Counted from the stretch's first letter, positions 1 to 13,087 are shown. The stretch is 64,000 nt of DNA from Eledone cirrhosa (GCA_964016885.1 OZ024743.1:329964001-330028000); one strand, 5' to 3'. Notes: a model not told the origin generated them from the letters alone. A program made the numbers and translations.

Positions 1-160
1 CATCACCACCACCACCACCTCCACCGCCACCCACCGTCAACGTCCACCGTCTATCCTTCCTCACCGTATCGGTGAAAAGACAGCTGAACATGGCCACTAT
101 TATAAGATCCAATTAACTATACGATGTGGGCAGATTTTTCAATGTCGCACATATACACAG

Positions 161-925
161 TCACACAACACACACACACACACACACTGACTCACACACG
201 CGCAAACATAGACACTGACACACACACACATAGACACATGCACAAACACACATATAGATACTGACACACACACACACATAGGCACACTGACTCACACACG
301 CGCAAACATAGACACTGACACACACACACATAGACACATGCACAAACACACATATAGATACTGACACACACACACACACACGCGCGCAAACATAGACACT
401 GACACACACACACACATAGACAAATGCACAAACACACATATAGATACTGACACACACACACACATAGGCACACTGACTCACACACGCGCAAACATAGACA
501 CTGACACACACACACATAGACACATGCACAAACACACATATAGATACTGACACACACACACACACACACGCGCAAACATAGACACTGACACACACACACA
601 CATAGACAAATGCACAAACACACATATAGATACTGACACACACACACACACATAGGCACACTGACACACACACACATACTGACACACACACACACACGTA
701 TACACACACACAGAGGTACATCGACACACACACAAACACACACGCACACACACACATAGACACACCCACTTGGGCACACCGACACACGCTCAAACACACA
801 CACACACACACACACAGCCATACATACACACACACACACACACACACAACCACACACACACACACACATACACACACACACACACACAACCACACACACA
901 CACACAACCACACATATACACACAA
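161..925. repeat. CA-rich compound microsatellite with recurring interruptions (higher-order periodicity)
   Basis: (CA)n broken by recurring motifs gcgcaaacatagacactga, catgcacaaacacacatatagatactga and taggcacactgactca. Confidence 0.95.
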
Positions 926-1214
926 GCCAATCAATAAGCAGATAACAGTCTACTCCTTCCCGCTCGCCGCCATCTTTGTACCGAAATAACGCTGCTGTTG
1001 ACGGTGACGTATCATAAGCGGCCACAGCAACGCAGGCGTCTTTACACTATATTATTATTACAACAACAGGGCGGTGACACAACCTCAACGACAACATCAA
1101 CAACAACGTTGACGCCAACAACAACAACAACAACAACAAAAGACAACAACAAAAGACAACAACAAAAGACAACAACAACAACAACAACAACAACAGCAAA
1201 AGACAACCTTAATA

Positions 1215-1316
1215 ATAATTGTTTCTACATTTGGCACAAGGCCAGCAATCACCCAGTGTATTACTGGTACTTTATATTATCGACCCCGTAAGGATGAAAG
1301 GTAAAGTTAACCTCGG
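1215..1316 (-). mobile_element. 3' part of tRNA-derived SINE (left arm of a fold-back)
   Basis: Reverse complement of ccgaggttaactttgcctttcatccttacggggtcgata...ggccttgtgccaaa...aaacaattatt; same family as the full copy at 54663. Confidence 0.9.
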
Positions 1317-1317
1317 G

Positions 1318-1437
1318 GAGTTCAAATCCCGCCGAGGTTAACTTTGCCTTTCATCCTTACGGGGTCGATAATATAAAGTACCAGTAATACACTGGTTGAT
1401 TGCTGGCCTTGTGCCAAATCTATAAACAATTATTATT
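1318..1437 (+). mobile_element. 5'-truncated tRNA-derived SINE starting at the B-box (right arm of a fold-back)
   Basis: gagttcaaatcccgccgaggttaactttgcctttcatccttacggggtcgataatataaagtaccag..., matching 54737-54850. Confidence 0.9.
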
Positions 1438-1440
1438 AAG

Positions 1441-1612
1441 GTTGTCTTTTGCTGTTGTTGTTGTTGTTGTTGTTGTTGTTGTCTTTTGTTGTCTTTTGTT
1501 GTTGGCGTCAACGTTGTTGAGGTTGTTGTTGTTGGCGTCAACGTTGTTGTTGTTGTTGTTGTTGTTGTTGTTGGCGTCAACGTTGTTGAGGTTGTTGTTG
1601 TTGGCGTCAACG

Positions 1613-1647
<35 letters not shown>

Positions 1648-1684
1648 GGCGTCAACGTTGTTGTTGTTGTTGTTGGCGTCAACG

Positions 1685-1716
<32 letters not shown>

Positions 1717-1824
1717 GGCGTCAACGTTGTTGTTGTTGTTGTTGGCGTCAACGTTGTTGTTGTTGTTGTTGTTGTTGTTGTTGGCGTCAACGTTGTTGTT
1801 GTTGTTGTTGATGTTGGCGTCAAC

Positions 1825-1855
<31 letters not shown>

Positions 1856-1899
1856 GCGTCAACGTTGTTGTCGATGTTGTTGTTGTTGTTGGCGTCAAC

Positions 1900-1930
<31 letters not shown>

Positions 1931-1938
1931 GTGTCAAC

Positions 1939-1969
<31 letters not shown>

Positions 1970-2068
1970 GCGTCAACGTTGTTGTTGATGTTGGTGTTGT
2001 TGTTGTTTCGTTGTTAGCGTCATCGTTGTTCATGTTGTTGTTGATATTGTTGTTCCTGTTGTTGTTGC

Positions 2069-2099
<31 letters not shown>

Positions 2100-2100
2100 A
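1441..2100. repeat. (GTT)n minisatellite with periodic ggcgtcaac interruptions
   Basis: Directly visible repeat. Confidence 0.95.
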
Positions 2101-2257
2101 CTGTGGTACATGTTGTTGTTACTGTTATTGAGGTCGTAGTTTCTGTTGGTGTTAAGGTTGTTATTCTCATTATTGTTGTTGTTCTTGTATGATATGTTGT
2201 TGATGTTGATGTTGATGTAAGCCGTATTTTAGTAATCTTTCTCACGTCTCCACCTAT

Positions 2258-2860
2258 TGTTCTTCCTCCTCCTCCTCCTTGTCCTCTTTCTTTTCCTTTT
2301 CATTTTCTTCTTCTTTTTCTTCTTCTTTTTCTTCTTCTTTTTCTTCTTCTTTTTCTTCTTCTTTTTCTTCTTTTTCTTCTTCTTCTTCTTCTTCTTCTTC
2401 TTCTTCTTCTTCTTCGTCATCACATTCGCCTTCTTCACCTTCTTCGCCACCTCCACCCCCTTCGCCTTCGCAGAATTAACCTTCGTCTTCATCTTCATCG
2501 CCATCGGCTTCCTCTTCTTCTCCTTCATCTTCTTCTTCATCTTCCTCTTCTTCTCCTTCATCTTCTTCTTCGCTTTCATCTTCTTCTTCATCTTCATCTT
2601 CTTCGTCTTCATCTTCTTCTTCATCTTCATCTTCTTCGTCTTCATCTTCTTCTTCATCTTCGTCTTCTCAGCCTTTGTCTTCTTCGTCTTCGTCTTCTTA
2701 TTTGCCTTCACCTTCGTCTTCTTCTCCTTCGACTGTTCTTCGCCTTCGTCTTCTTTGCCTTCATCTTCGTCGTCTCTTCATCTTCGCCTTCATCGCTTTC
2801 GTCTTCTTCTTTCTCCTCGTCTTTATCTTCTGTGTTATCCTCTTCTCCCTCTCCCTTCAT
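2258..2860. repeat. (TTC)n-derived polypyrimidine low-complexity tract
   Basis: ttc/atc/gtc triplets, nearly all pyrimidine on the + strand. Confidence 0.95.
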
Positions 2861-2867
2861 ACTGAAG

Positions 2868-3056
2868 GAGAGGTTGACGATAGGATGAGATTATTGAACA
2901 AGATTAATTCTAAAAACTGGATTGAACATCTTGGCTTTATCTTCGTTCCACTGTACAGCCGTTATGTTAGAGAAGCTGGTTGCTGCAATAGCTGTCGTTG
3001 GAGAGACTACCATCTTGCTTATATTAACAATTTAGAATTATTTACTGGAGAAGCAG
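2868..3056 (+). CDS. Candidate internal exon of an unidentified gene (GEVDDRMRLL...NLELFTGEA)
   Basis: Polypyrimidine tract plus AG at 2866-2867, stop-free 189 nt of complex sequence, donor gcag|gtagag, phase 1 at both ends. No homology recognised. Confidence 0.3.
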
Positions 3057-3236
3057 GTAGAGCGCTCACCTAATCCAATGTGTGCATAGAATTCTGTTCT
3101 ATTTTGCATGTTAATTATTTTCACAAGGAATAAATGGGCGATATGGTTAATGCCGTGTCACTGGCTTTTTCTTTTTCTTTTTTTCCTTTTCTTCTTTTTC
3201 TTCTTTTTCTTCTTTTTCTTCTTTTTCTTCTTCTTC

Positions 3237-3659
3237 GCCAACTTATTCCTGTGAGGGTCGTGGGGGCAGAGTCCTGAAACACTCTTTCCAGCGGGTCCTG
3301 TCAGAAGTAGCCGTCTCCGATGGATCCAGCTGGATCTCCCAAATGAGACCAGCCAAGCTCATGGATGTTATGCAAAGATCTTGCTCGGAGTCTACTCCTG
3401 GGTCTCCCGCCGGTTGTTTTTTGCCCATAAAATCTGTCCAGTGATTCTTTCCTGAGACATTCTAACCACATGTCCATAGTATCGGAGCTGTGATCTTTCA
3501 ATTCGGAAAAATAGCAGCTCTACCTGGAGTGACTCTCTGATCTCAGAGCTACTCACTCTGTCGAGTAACGTTAATCCAAACACCCTTCGGAAGAACACTA
3601 TTTCGACCGCTTATATTTGCGATCGTATTCTTTCGGTCATTACCCAAGATTCATGACCT
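3237..3659 (-). mobile_element. RTE-clade (Rex3/Expander-like) LINE, 5'-truncated 3' end, decayed
   Basis: Minus strand reads GHESWVMTERIRSQI*AVEIVFFRRVFGLTLLDRVSSSEIRESLQVELLFFRIERSQLRYYGHVVRM...TLPPRPSQE, typical of the RTE ORF C-terminus; followed by a (GAA)n-rich tail at 3165-3236. Confidence 0.9.
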
Positions 3660-4890
3660 ATCCTTGTAGCAAATAAATCCACATTAGAAATATCAACCCT
3701 GTACAGATTAATCCAAACGAAGGTAATAAAAAGATGGCAGAACTAGAATGAATAAACAAATCAAAATTCCACAAGCATAGGAGAAAGAGAAAAAATCTAT
3801 TTCTATTTATTCACTGCATGAACGAGATTAATACAGAAAATAAAGAATTTTAAGTTGTTACATAAATTTATTTATAAACCTCTAGCACAGTATATCGTTT
3901 TACGTCAAATCCTCCGTACAAAGAATTTATAAGACAATTATTCTTACTATCTGATGGAACCCAGGCCAATATTTCCAGGTGTTCTCTGTTCGCTCCGATT
4001 AGATATAATATCAGCACTGGTCAGTGTTTTTACTGAAAGTTCTGTCAGTATTTTTGAAACTGTTTACGCTAAAACTGTTAGGAGCGCCACACTAACTAGA
4101 CGCAGTGACGGCGCTTTTGCATTTTCCAGACTTTAAAAAATGTAGGCAAATGAAGAGATATTTGAAGAAAATATTTAGTGAGAAGTACCACGTAGATTAG
4201 TCAAGATAATTGCTGCATAGAATAATGTTATAATATCCAGATGTTTAATTATTTTATCTTCTACCAATTCTCAACTTCACACCATATCAAGGTAGGAAAT
4301 ACCTGAGAATAGGTAGTATTCCAATTACCCGCTCTTTATCAATCATATTTCATGAGAAAATATACCTCTAACTCAAACAGGTTAACTAGCGGCGAGAGAT
4401 GAAACCGTTCAGACAATTATTTCACTTCTTGTTTAATTATATCTACGGGTTTAACATAGTGGATGTAGCGAATCAGTAGAGTGTCGGATAGATTGTGTCC
4501 CTATATTTGTCCCAGATATCTGCTCTCTGCGTTAAAAGCCACTGATTCATGTTGTTATCATTGGCCACTATATACACAAAAAGCAACGCCACTGCAATAT
4601 TCTATGAGGAGGAAACAATGTTATATCGTGAGAAAGAAGAGAAATCTAATCCTTTGTCAAAAGGAAATAACATATCAATTGGTGTTTGGGGGTAAACTGG
4701 GAGACGTGATACCCTCAAGGAAACATAATTTAAATATGTTTGTGAATATTGACGAGGAATACCAACATTGAGACGCAGCGATATTTAATTGTAAACCACG
4801 ATCATCTCTCTCAATCGAAGATAGCATGGCTGCATGTATCATGGTTTCACTCAAGATTTGAGAGAAGTATGTGTATATATCTGTGCGCTC

Positions 4891-4945
<55 letters not shown>

Positions 4946-4947
<2 letters not shown>

Positions 4948-5243
4948 GGATCCCTGTTGGTTACGAGGATGAGTGTTTCATTTGATGTGATCAAAGGAAC
5001 GGACTGCTAATGAAATTACCATGCAAGTGACTGAGCATGCCATAGACATGTGTACTCAATGTAAATTTCCGGAAAATTTAGTCTCTGACTAAGCTGGCAT
5101 TTAAAATTACAGGTACAGCTCATTTTTGACAGCTGAATGGACTGGAGCAACAAAACATATCTTCCTATAGGACATAATGTGCAGCCTTAAATCGAACTCA
5201 TGACCTTTTCGATCGTTAGACCAACATCCTAACCACTAAGCTA
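4946..5243 (-). mobile_element. Degenerate tRNA-derived SINE, second family
   Basis: Minus strand starts tagcttagtggttagg (A-box), then gagttcgattt (B-box), then a ttgctccagtccattcagctg core; ends at a (CA)n tract. Confidence 0.7.
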
Positions 5244-5384
5244 TAGGTCATGGATTAACTGGGAGACACTCTCGAGTGTCTCCCAGTTAATCCAACAGAA
5301 AACCATTTATCAAACCTTAACGGATAACATGCAAAATAGACATCGGTAGAATTTAAAATAAGATCTCAAACCTTTTCTACATCT

Positions 5385-6319
5385 TTGCCCACTTATTCCT
5401 GAGAGAGTTGGGTGGCTGAGTCCTCAAACACCCCTTCCAGCCCTGTCAGAAGCAACCATCTCCAACTCATCCTCAAACGAGACCAACCAAGCTCATAGAT
5501 ATTATCCAACGATATTGCTCGGGATCTAAACCTGGAACTCCTGCTGGTTGGTTTTGCCAGTAAAATCTGACCAGCGATTCTTTCCTGAGACATTCTACCC
5601 ACAGGTCCATAGTAGCGGAGCTGTGATCTCTCAATTCAGGGAAGTTTTACAACTACCTTCCTTCTTCTGGTTACCGAATTCACATGTAGATTCCACTGCG
5701 CAGGCTTCCTTGAGAAGGCGAGTGTCTCAGTCTTCGATGCACTGATTTTCATTCCAGCCATGCAGCACTCGGTATCAAACCTATCCAGTACAAGTCAGAC
5801 ATTACCTTCTGTCGAGTTAAGTAGCACTATCTTGTCTGCAAATTCCAGCCGACTGATTCTACATCTGCCAGTCGTAATACCATTCCCAACCCAGCTGCGC
5901 ATGTCAATCCTGTTCATGGAAATAATGAACAGGCGAGGTGACAGTATGCACCATTGGCGGAGTCCGACTCTCTCTTTGAACGGTTTCGATTTAGCATCAT
6001 TTATCCAAATACAAATACTCGAGCCTTCGTATAGAGACATCAGGGTAACATGAAGCTGACCATCAATCCCATACTCCTGCAGAACCATCCACAACAGGTC
6101 CCGTGGAACGCGGTTATATGCCTTTACGAAGTCTACAAAGCAACAATGCATCTCCTGGCAGTACTCCCACGATTTCTGAAAGACCTACCGCAGTGTGAAT
6201 ATTTGGTCGGCTGTGCTTCGGCAGGGGTTAAAACTACATTATTCATCATTTAACTTGAACTCGACAATATCCCTACATCTCTTTGCCAGAGACTTAGCAC
6301 AGACCTTACCGGGGAGGCT
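5385..6319 (-). mobile_element. RTE-clade LINE fragment (RT domain plus 3' end, internal deletion)
   Basis: Minus strand reads SLPGKV...STADQIFTLR...CFVDFVKAYNRVPRDLLW...GLRQWCILSP...LEFADKIVLL...AGMKIS; 3' end homologous to 3237-3500; contains stops and frameshifts. Confidence 0.92.
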
Positions 6320-6784
6320 TCAGAACTAATTTTGCATTGCATTCTGTCCGACACTCCACTGACTCTGACTTTGCCAATCGATTGTTTTAGACCTAGTTTG
6401 CTCAAATCTTCTACGAGTCATTATCCACAATAGCTGATCTCTTTTAACGCTGGATTTAAAGATTGTCTCTCATCATTTCATAAATTTTACATAGCTGTGT
6501 TTAAAATGGTGACGAACAAGTCTTGAAATTTACAATGGACATCAGCAGATAATTCTGTTATAGTGATGATCAAGATGTTGATGATGATAATCATCTTCAC
6601 AATCATCATCTTAAATAACATTGTCTTTTGCTGTTTCTTTTATTGTTTCTTATCTTCGTCTTTTTTTCTTTCTTCTTTAGTAATCTTTCTTTTCTGTCGT
6701 TTAAAAATATTTTCATAACCGAAGAAGAGTCATTGCCCTTTGTCTATTTCAGAGGTAGAAACATTAGCACGTTTAACACGCCTG

Positions 6785-7318
6785 TACACACACAGAAACA
6801 CACATACACACATACACACACACATACACAGACACACACAGACACACACAGACGCACACAAAGAAACACACAGGCACACACATACACACATACACTCAGT
6901 GACACATACACACATGCACACACACAGACACACACAGAGACACACACATACATACAGAGACACATACACACAGGGACACACACAGGGACACACATACGCA
7001 CAGAGACACATAGACACACACACACACACAGACACACACAGAAACACAGACACACACACACAGACACACACACAGACACACATACGTACAGAGACACATA
7101 CACACATACAGACACACACAGGCACACACACAGACACACACAGACACACTGACACACACACACACAGACACACAGACACACAGAGACACATACACAGACA
7201 CACACAGACACACACACACATAGACAGACACACACACATACACACACACATACACAGACACACATACACACAGACATACACACATACAGAGACACACACA
7301 GACACACACACATACACA
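6785..7318. repeat. CA/GA/TA compound microsatellite
   Basis: Directly visible repeat. Confidence 0.95.
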
Positions 7319-7525
7319 GGTTGTACCTGTTGAGGTATTCATCCACTTTTATAATTTTTCTCTTTATGTAGAGAACAAAACGTTGAATAATGCTACTAAT
7401 TTTAGTGGCAGTATCAACACGTTTATAATAAACAGCTATTATCAGCGACCTGGTTTTGCGTATGTGTCATTTTAACGGCTTGACCGCATGCGTTGGGCAG
7501 GAAGCGAAATATTTACTTACTATAG

Positions 7526-7644
7526 GGCTTGCAACCTTATGGTGTGGAAATAGGCTGTCTGAAGATTCATTTCTTTCCATTGGAAATTCTCTGGATTTCC
7601 AATCTTTTGGAATGATGAAACCGTCGGTAACAGCAATGGAACAG
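7526..7644 (+). CDS. Candidate exon, phase-compatible with 2868-3056 (LATLWCGNRL...SVTAMEQ)
   Basis: Acceptor tttacttactatag|, donor cag|gtgatt; the only frame open from this acceptor to the donor is the phase-1 frame. A minus-strand reading with a gtaagt donor near 7520 is an alternative. Confidence 0.25.
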
Positions 7645-7706
7645 GTGATTATTTAAATCGTTTTTTAATTTATTTAGAGAATTGTTTGATAACCGCTTGC
7701 TTCGCT

Positions 7707-7749
<43 letters not shown>

Positions 7750-7751
<2 letters not shown>

Positions 7752-8635
7752 GTAGACGCACACATGCACAGTCGTGGAGCTACATTCACACACCACACAC
7801 ATACATAGACACACACACACCGACGCAAACAGACACACAAAAACTAGCACACATACACACATACACACACACTGGTACACATACACAGTCACACATACAC
7901 AGACACATATACATACTCATATACATAGTCGTGTAGTTAGAGCAACACACACACACAGCCACACACACACAGACACATACACAGTCGTGTAGTTACAGCC
8001 ACACACACATACACATACCTACACACACATACACACAGCCACACAGACAGCCACGCAGCCACACAGCCAAACAGCCACACACACAGCCATACAGCCACAC
8101 ACACAACCACACTCATAGCCACATACACAGCCACACAGCCATACAGCCACACACACACAGCCACACAACCACACATCCACACACACAAACATACAGCCAC
8201 ACACATACACAGCCAAACAGACAGCCACACAGCCACACACAGCCACACACACAGCCACACACAGCCACATACACACTGCCAAACAGACAGCCACACAGCC
8301 ACACAGCCACACACAGCCACACACAGCCATACAACCACACACACACAGCCAGACACAACCACACATCCACACACACAGCCACACAGACAGCCACACAGCC
8401 ACATACAGCCATACAACCACACACACACAGCCAGACACAACCACACATCCACACACACAACCACACAGACAGCCACACAGCCACACACAGCCACACACAC
8501 AGCCACACACACACTGCCAAACAGACAGCCACACAGCCACACACAGCCATACAGCCACACACACACAGCCACACACACAGCCACACACACACAGCCACAC
8601 ACAACCACACATCCACACACACAGCCACACATACA
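7750..8635. repeat. CA-rich minisatellite built on acagccac(ac)n units
   Basis: Repeated cagccacacacacagcc and caaccacacatcc motifs. Confidence 0.93.
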
Positions 8636-8872
8636 GAGGTACTCTTATATGTAACAAGCAATTCTTAGAGACGGTCAAATTAATCCACAAAACAAACAAG
8701 TTAAATAGAACAAAATAACACAAAACAAAATAAAACACAAGATATATAGAAACAGAATAAATGAATAATTTAAATATATATATATATTTATAATACTAAT
8801 AAATAAATGTATGTATATATGATAAGAAAGGAACGAAATGTAGTAATATATATATATACATATATATATATA

Positions 8873-8969
8873 CAGGCTGTCACCAGAAAATGTATAAACA
8901 CTTCAACAGCATTTCAATAAATATTGCCTGTACAGGTAATCAAAGTGTGTATACATTTTGCGGAGACAC

Positions 8970-8972
<3 letters not shown>
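8873..8972. mobile_element. ~100-bp Tc1/mariner-type MITE in a (TA)n tract
   Basis: Imperfect TIRs caggctgtcaccagaaaatgtataaacactt and aagtgtgtatacattttgcggagacaca, flanked by TA. Confidence 0.7.
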
Positions 8973-9041
<69 letters not shown>

Positions 9042-9107
9042 GAAGAGAGAAGAAACATTTAGATATAATTAGTAATAAAATGTATCATACCTAAACTGCT
9101 CCTAGAT

Positions 9108-9197
9108 TCCTCGACTACGTAGTTTCGTGGCATAAACAAAAACAATACATCATAAAGATATAGAGTCCTTGCGAGGTCTGCCGACTTATCAAGAGGA
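9108..9197 (-). ncRNA. Decayed type I hammerhead ribozyme motif
   Basis: Minus strand: tcctc-TTGATAA (CUGAUGA with 2 substitutions)-gt(c)ggca...tgccac-GAAA-ctacgtag (palindrome)-TC-gagga. Stems I, II and III all pair. Confidence 0.6.
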
Positions 9198-9775
9198 TAC
9201 CTCATTTTACTAGCCTCAAGAACGCGTCTACACGACGTGAGAAAGAATCCCAAAAGGCGGAGGGGGAGATAGTCACGCGATATAACGGTCGAGAAACAGA
9301 GCTAAGCCTCTTATAACCCCGAAGAAAATACCACGGAGGCGGAGGAGGTATTCATATCGAAGCCGTAGAAGAGGTGGTGAAGGGGGCGAGAAGTATGAGT
9401 AATGGCTGCTTTCCAGCAGTCACTACACTTCAAAGGTTGCTCGACCAGAGGGAGTTATTAACAATACATTTAGAAACACACAGATACATGCGGACACACA
9501 CATATACATGAATGCATCCACACCCAACCGTGAGTTAAGGGTGCCAGTCATTCATTGAGCAACATCGGTGAGGTTGGCACCCTTAACTCACGGTTGGGTG
9601 TGGATGCATTCATGTATATGTGTGTGTCCGCATGTAAATATATATATATATATATATATGAATAACAATAAAACAACATGAAATATAATAATAAAAATAA
9701 ATAAAAGTAAGTTAAATATACATATATGATATATATATATCATATTTGTATATTAAACTTGCTTTTATATATATA

Positions 9776-11488
9776 CTAGCAGAAGTACCCGGCGTTGCCC
9801 GGGTGTAAGTCGACCTTTGGTCTGTTGTTAAAATGTTTGAAAGTTACTTCCCGCGCATCACAGGTGCAAAAACCTTTGAACCTCAAGGAAAAAAACAGAG
9901 GTTAGTATACGCAGGTGTGTAATTGAGCATAAATAATGGATCAATTGTAGGTTCACAGTGTATCGTTGAAATTGTTCTTTGCACGACTGACGGAAGTCAA
10001 ATTCACTTGAAATTGAATTTTCAGTTGATTTTTAAAGCAGGGTGAAAAAGTCTATTTTTTCAAATTTTTTTTTTTTTTTTACAATTTTGGCGCTCACATG
10101 TGCAGAAGAAGAAATAAAAGGGACTTTATCTGAATCGCGGCCTAATGGACGATTGATTTGCGACAGTTTTCACGAAAATCGGACGTTCCTGTAAAAAATT
10201 ATCCCATCTGCAACTTTGCCTTGTTTTTTGCGCAAAGTCGAACCCCGATTCAGTTTTATTGATTTTTTACATGAACGCGTGACCTCTGAAGTAGATTTGA
10301 GTAGCTAAAGGCCTGTCCCGGTAAATTTGCTATATGTGAAAATAAGTTGATCAAAATTGCGTCTAGGGTTATTGCCCTTTGCAACAGCCTCAAGAACATG
10401 TAATTAAAAAGATTTACCATGGACTATCGTGCACGTTGGTATTGTGTTTAGCCTGCTAAAATCGGTGATCAAATGAGGCAACAATAAACCATACTGATGA
10501 CGTTTAAGCGGGTGGCAAGGAATTGATGCGGCATAGATAGCCATGGGAGTCTTGAAGGAGCACGGCGGTCAGGCAAAAGAAAGGGCCGAGGAGGGGATGG
10601 TGGTTGACAGTGCATGGAGGCGGCATCCTGAGGCATGAAGATGTAGTGGAGCGACGGCCAGCAGGCAAGGAAGAGGGCAGGGGTGGACGGTGGCAAGGAT
10701 GCCGCATGGTGAGCCATGGCAGTCTTGAAGGAGCACTGCGGGCAGGAAAAAGAAAGGGCCAAGGAGGGGATGGCGGCTGACAGAGCATTGATGCGGCATA
10801 GTGATGCATGACGATGCAGTGGGACGACGGCGTGCAGGGAAGGGAGATGGCCGGGATTGACGGTTGCAGGGATTCCGCATGGTGAACCATGGCACTCGTG
10901 AAGGACCAAGTCGTGCGGGTAAGGGAGAAGGAAGGGGAGGGCATGGTGGCTGACAGAGCATGGATGCGGCATGGTGAGGCATGACGATGCAGTGGGACGA
11001 CATATATATACACACACACACATATATATATATATATACACACACATATATATACACACACACATATATATATATATACACACACACATACATATATACA
11101 TAACTATATGTGTGTTTATCTATCTATGTATTTTATCAGCAGGCAGGAGGTGTGGCTGCGCCAGTGAGGTGGAAGAGAGGGAAAGAGAGTAAGTTAGAGT
11201 TGTCCTGATTTTTGCCTCTGGTGATCCAATTATCGATTATTCGAAAATTTAATGTAGCGCACGTTTATCCCCGGATCAAAATACACACTTGCGTTGAGTT
11301 TCATCGATTTTTGAAAATATCAATTTTTGGCTTCTGGGGTCCCGATTATCGACTTTTCGAAATTTTCAAGTAGCCTATTCCACTCTACGCGTTGAGTTTT
11401 ATATGTGTGAGGTTTCATGAAAATTGGATGAACGGTGTAGTATGCAAGTTCGGAACACCAAACAACGCCCAACTTCACTTTATATATA

Positions 11489-11491
<3 letters not shown>
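9776..11491 (-). mobile_element. Non-autonomous Helitron (~1.7 kb)
   Basis: Minus strand begins A|TCttatatataaag and ends with hairpin cccgg-gcaacg-ccggg about 10 nt before CTAG|T; A|T target site, no TSD, no Rep/helicase ORF. Confidence 0.88.
10510..11001. repeat. GC-rich diverged tandem repeat, ~173-bp period, ~3 copies, inside the Helitron
   Basis: gcatgga.gcggcat..tgaggcatga.gatg.agtgg recurs at about 10612, 10785 and 10958. Confidence 0.85.
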
Positions 11492-11565
<74 letters not shown>

Positions 11566-11720
11566 TAACTGTATGAATAAAAACAGAAGATGGAATATAA
11601 TAAAACAATAAATATAAAAAATAACGAATAAAATATAAAAATATTATTAAATATATAAAAATAAATATAAACATGAATAAAATATTTAAATAAAATCAAA
11701 TATATATATGTATATATAAA

Positions 11721-11758
<38 letters not shown>

Positions 11759-11766
<8 letters not shown>

Positions 11767-12642
11767 CTTAGAGTTTAGACTCAATGAGGTCATTTACAAT
11801 CATTTCAGCTCTAGGAATCGCTTCTGAGCAGTATAAATTAATATTTGATGAACATTTACATGTTTTAGTTGCAATTGACTAATAAGATCGCTAGAGTGAA
11901 AAATCTTAATTCAACAACATGAAGTCTGCCTGTACGATCTAAAAAAATAATAAATCAATACTCACAGACTCATATGGGCAAAAAGCCTTGGTACCTAGAC
12001 ACGTTTAAAATTCAAAATACAAACTTTTTCCGCAGATCGGTCAGAACTTCAAACTTCAAACATGTTTCACAAAGGATGGTATAATAGTAAAATAATTAAC
12101 AAGGCTTTTTGCCCATATGAGTCTGTTATTTCTAGCACTATGTGTGGGACGTTAGAGGACGTTATAAGCCGTGTGCAAAACCTCGTGTATTTTCGCTACG
12201 CTAACCAGACCTTAGATATTTTTCTGAGGTAGAGTTATTTTATTTTATCTGGCTACCTATTGATAAACACAGAAAAAGTTGATTAACTCACTGCTAATTA
12301 GTTAATTATTTTACTATTATACCATCCTTTGTGAAACATGTTTGAAGTTTGAAGTTCTGACCGATCTGCGGAAAAAGTTTGTATTTTGAATTTTAAACGT
12401 GTCTAGGTACCAAGGCTTTTTGCCCATATGAGTCTGTGAGTATTGATTTATTATTTTTTTAGATCGTACAGGCAGACTTTATGTTGTTGAATTAAGATTT
12501 TTCACTCTAGCGATCTTATTAGTCAATTGCAACTAAAACATGTAAATGTTCATCAAATATTAATTTATACTGCTCAGAAGCGATTCCTAGAGCTGAAATG
12601 ATTGTAAATGACCTCATTGAGTCTAAACTCTAAGCTATTTAT
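11759..12642. repeat. Long inverted repeat (~342-bp arms, 200-bp spacer)
   Basis: 11759-12100 is the near-perfect reverse complement of 12301-12642; abuts (TA)n on the left. Confidence 0.95.
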
Positions 12643-12891
12643 CACTGCTCCCCCAAATGAGCTGAATTCTGTAATCCCATATAAACGGCTGTTATTTCAT
12701 ATAATCCCATATAAACGGCTGTTATTTCTAGCACTAAATGCGCATAATAAAATACTTGGAACTCTTTTAACCATCTTTTGATCTTATATTATTTATACTC
12801 CAGTCCTACAAACTGTAGAGTGGTACTTATCCGATATTTGCATTGCTTTATTGTGCTGCAATAAAACTCACCTCCTACATATATATATATG

Positions 12892-13087
<196 letters not shown>

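Noticed and set aside
161-1025. Cys/Val-, His/Thr- and Ile/Tyr-rich ORFs here and at 6.7-8.7, 12.8-14.2, 49 and 58.5 kb
   Set aside because: These are translations of dinucleotide microsatellites.
2229-2865. PolyK or polyF protein
   Set aside because: Artefact of the (TTC)n tract.
7559-7600. CTGAAGA...GAAA as a hammerhead
   Set aside because: Stems I and II do not pair.
10495-10515. CTGATGA inside the Helitron as a hammerhead
   Set aside because: No GAAA or stem I/III follows.
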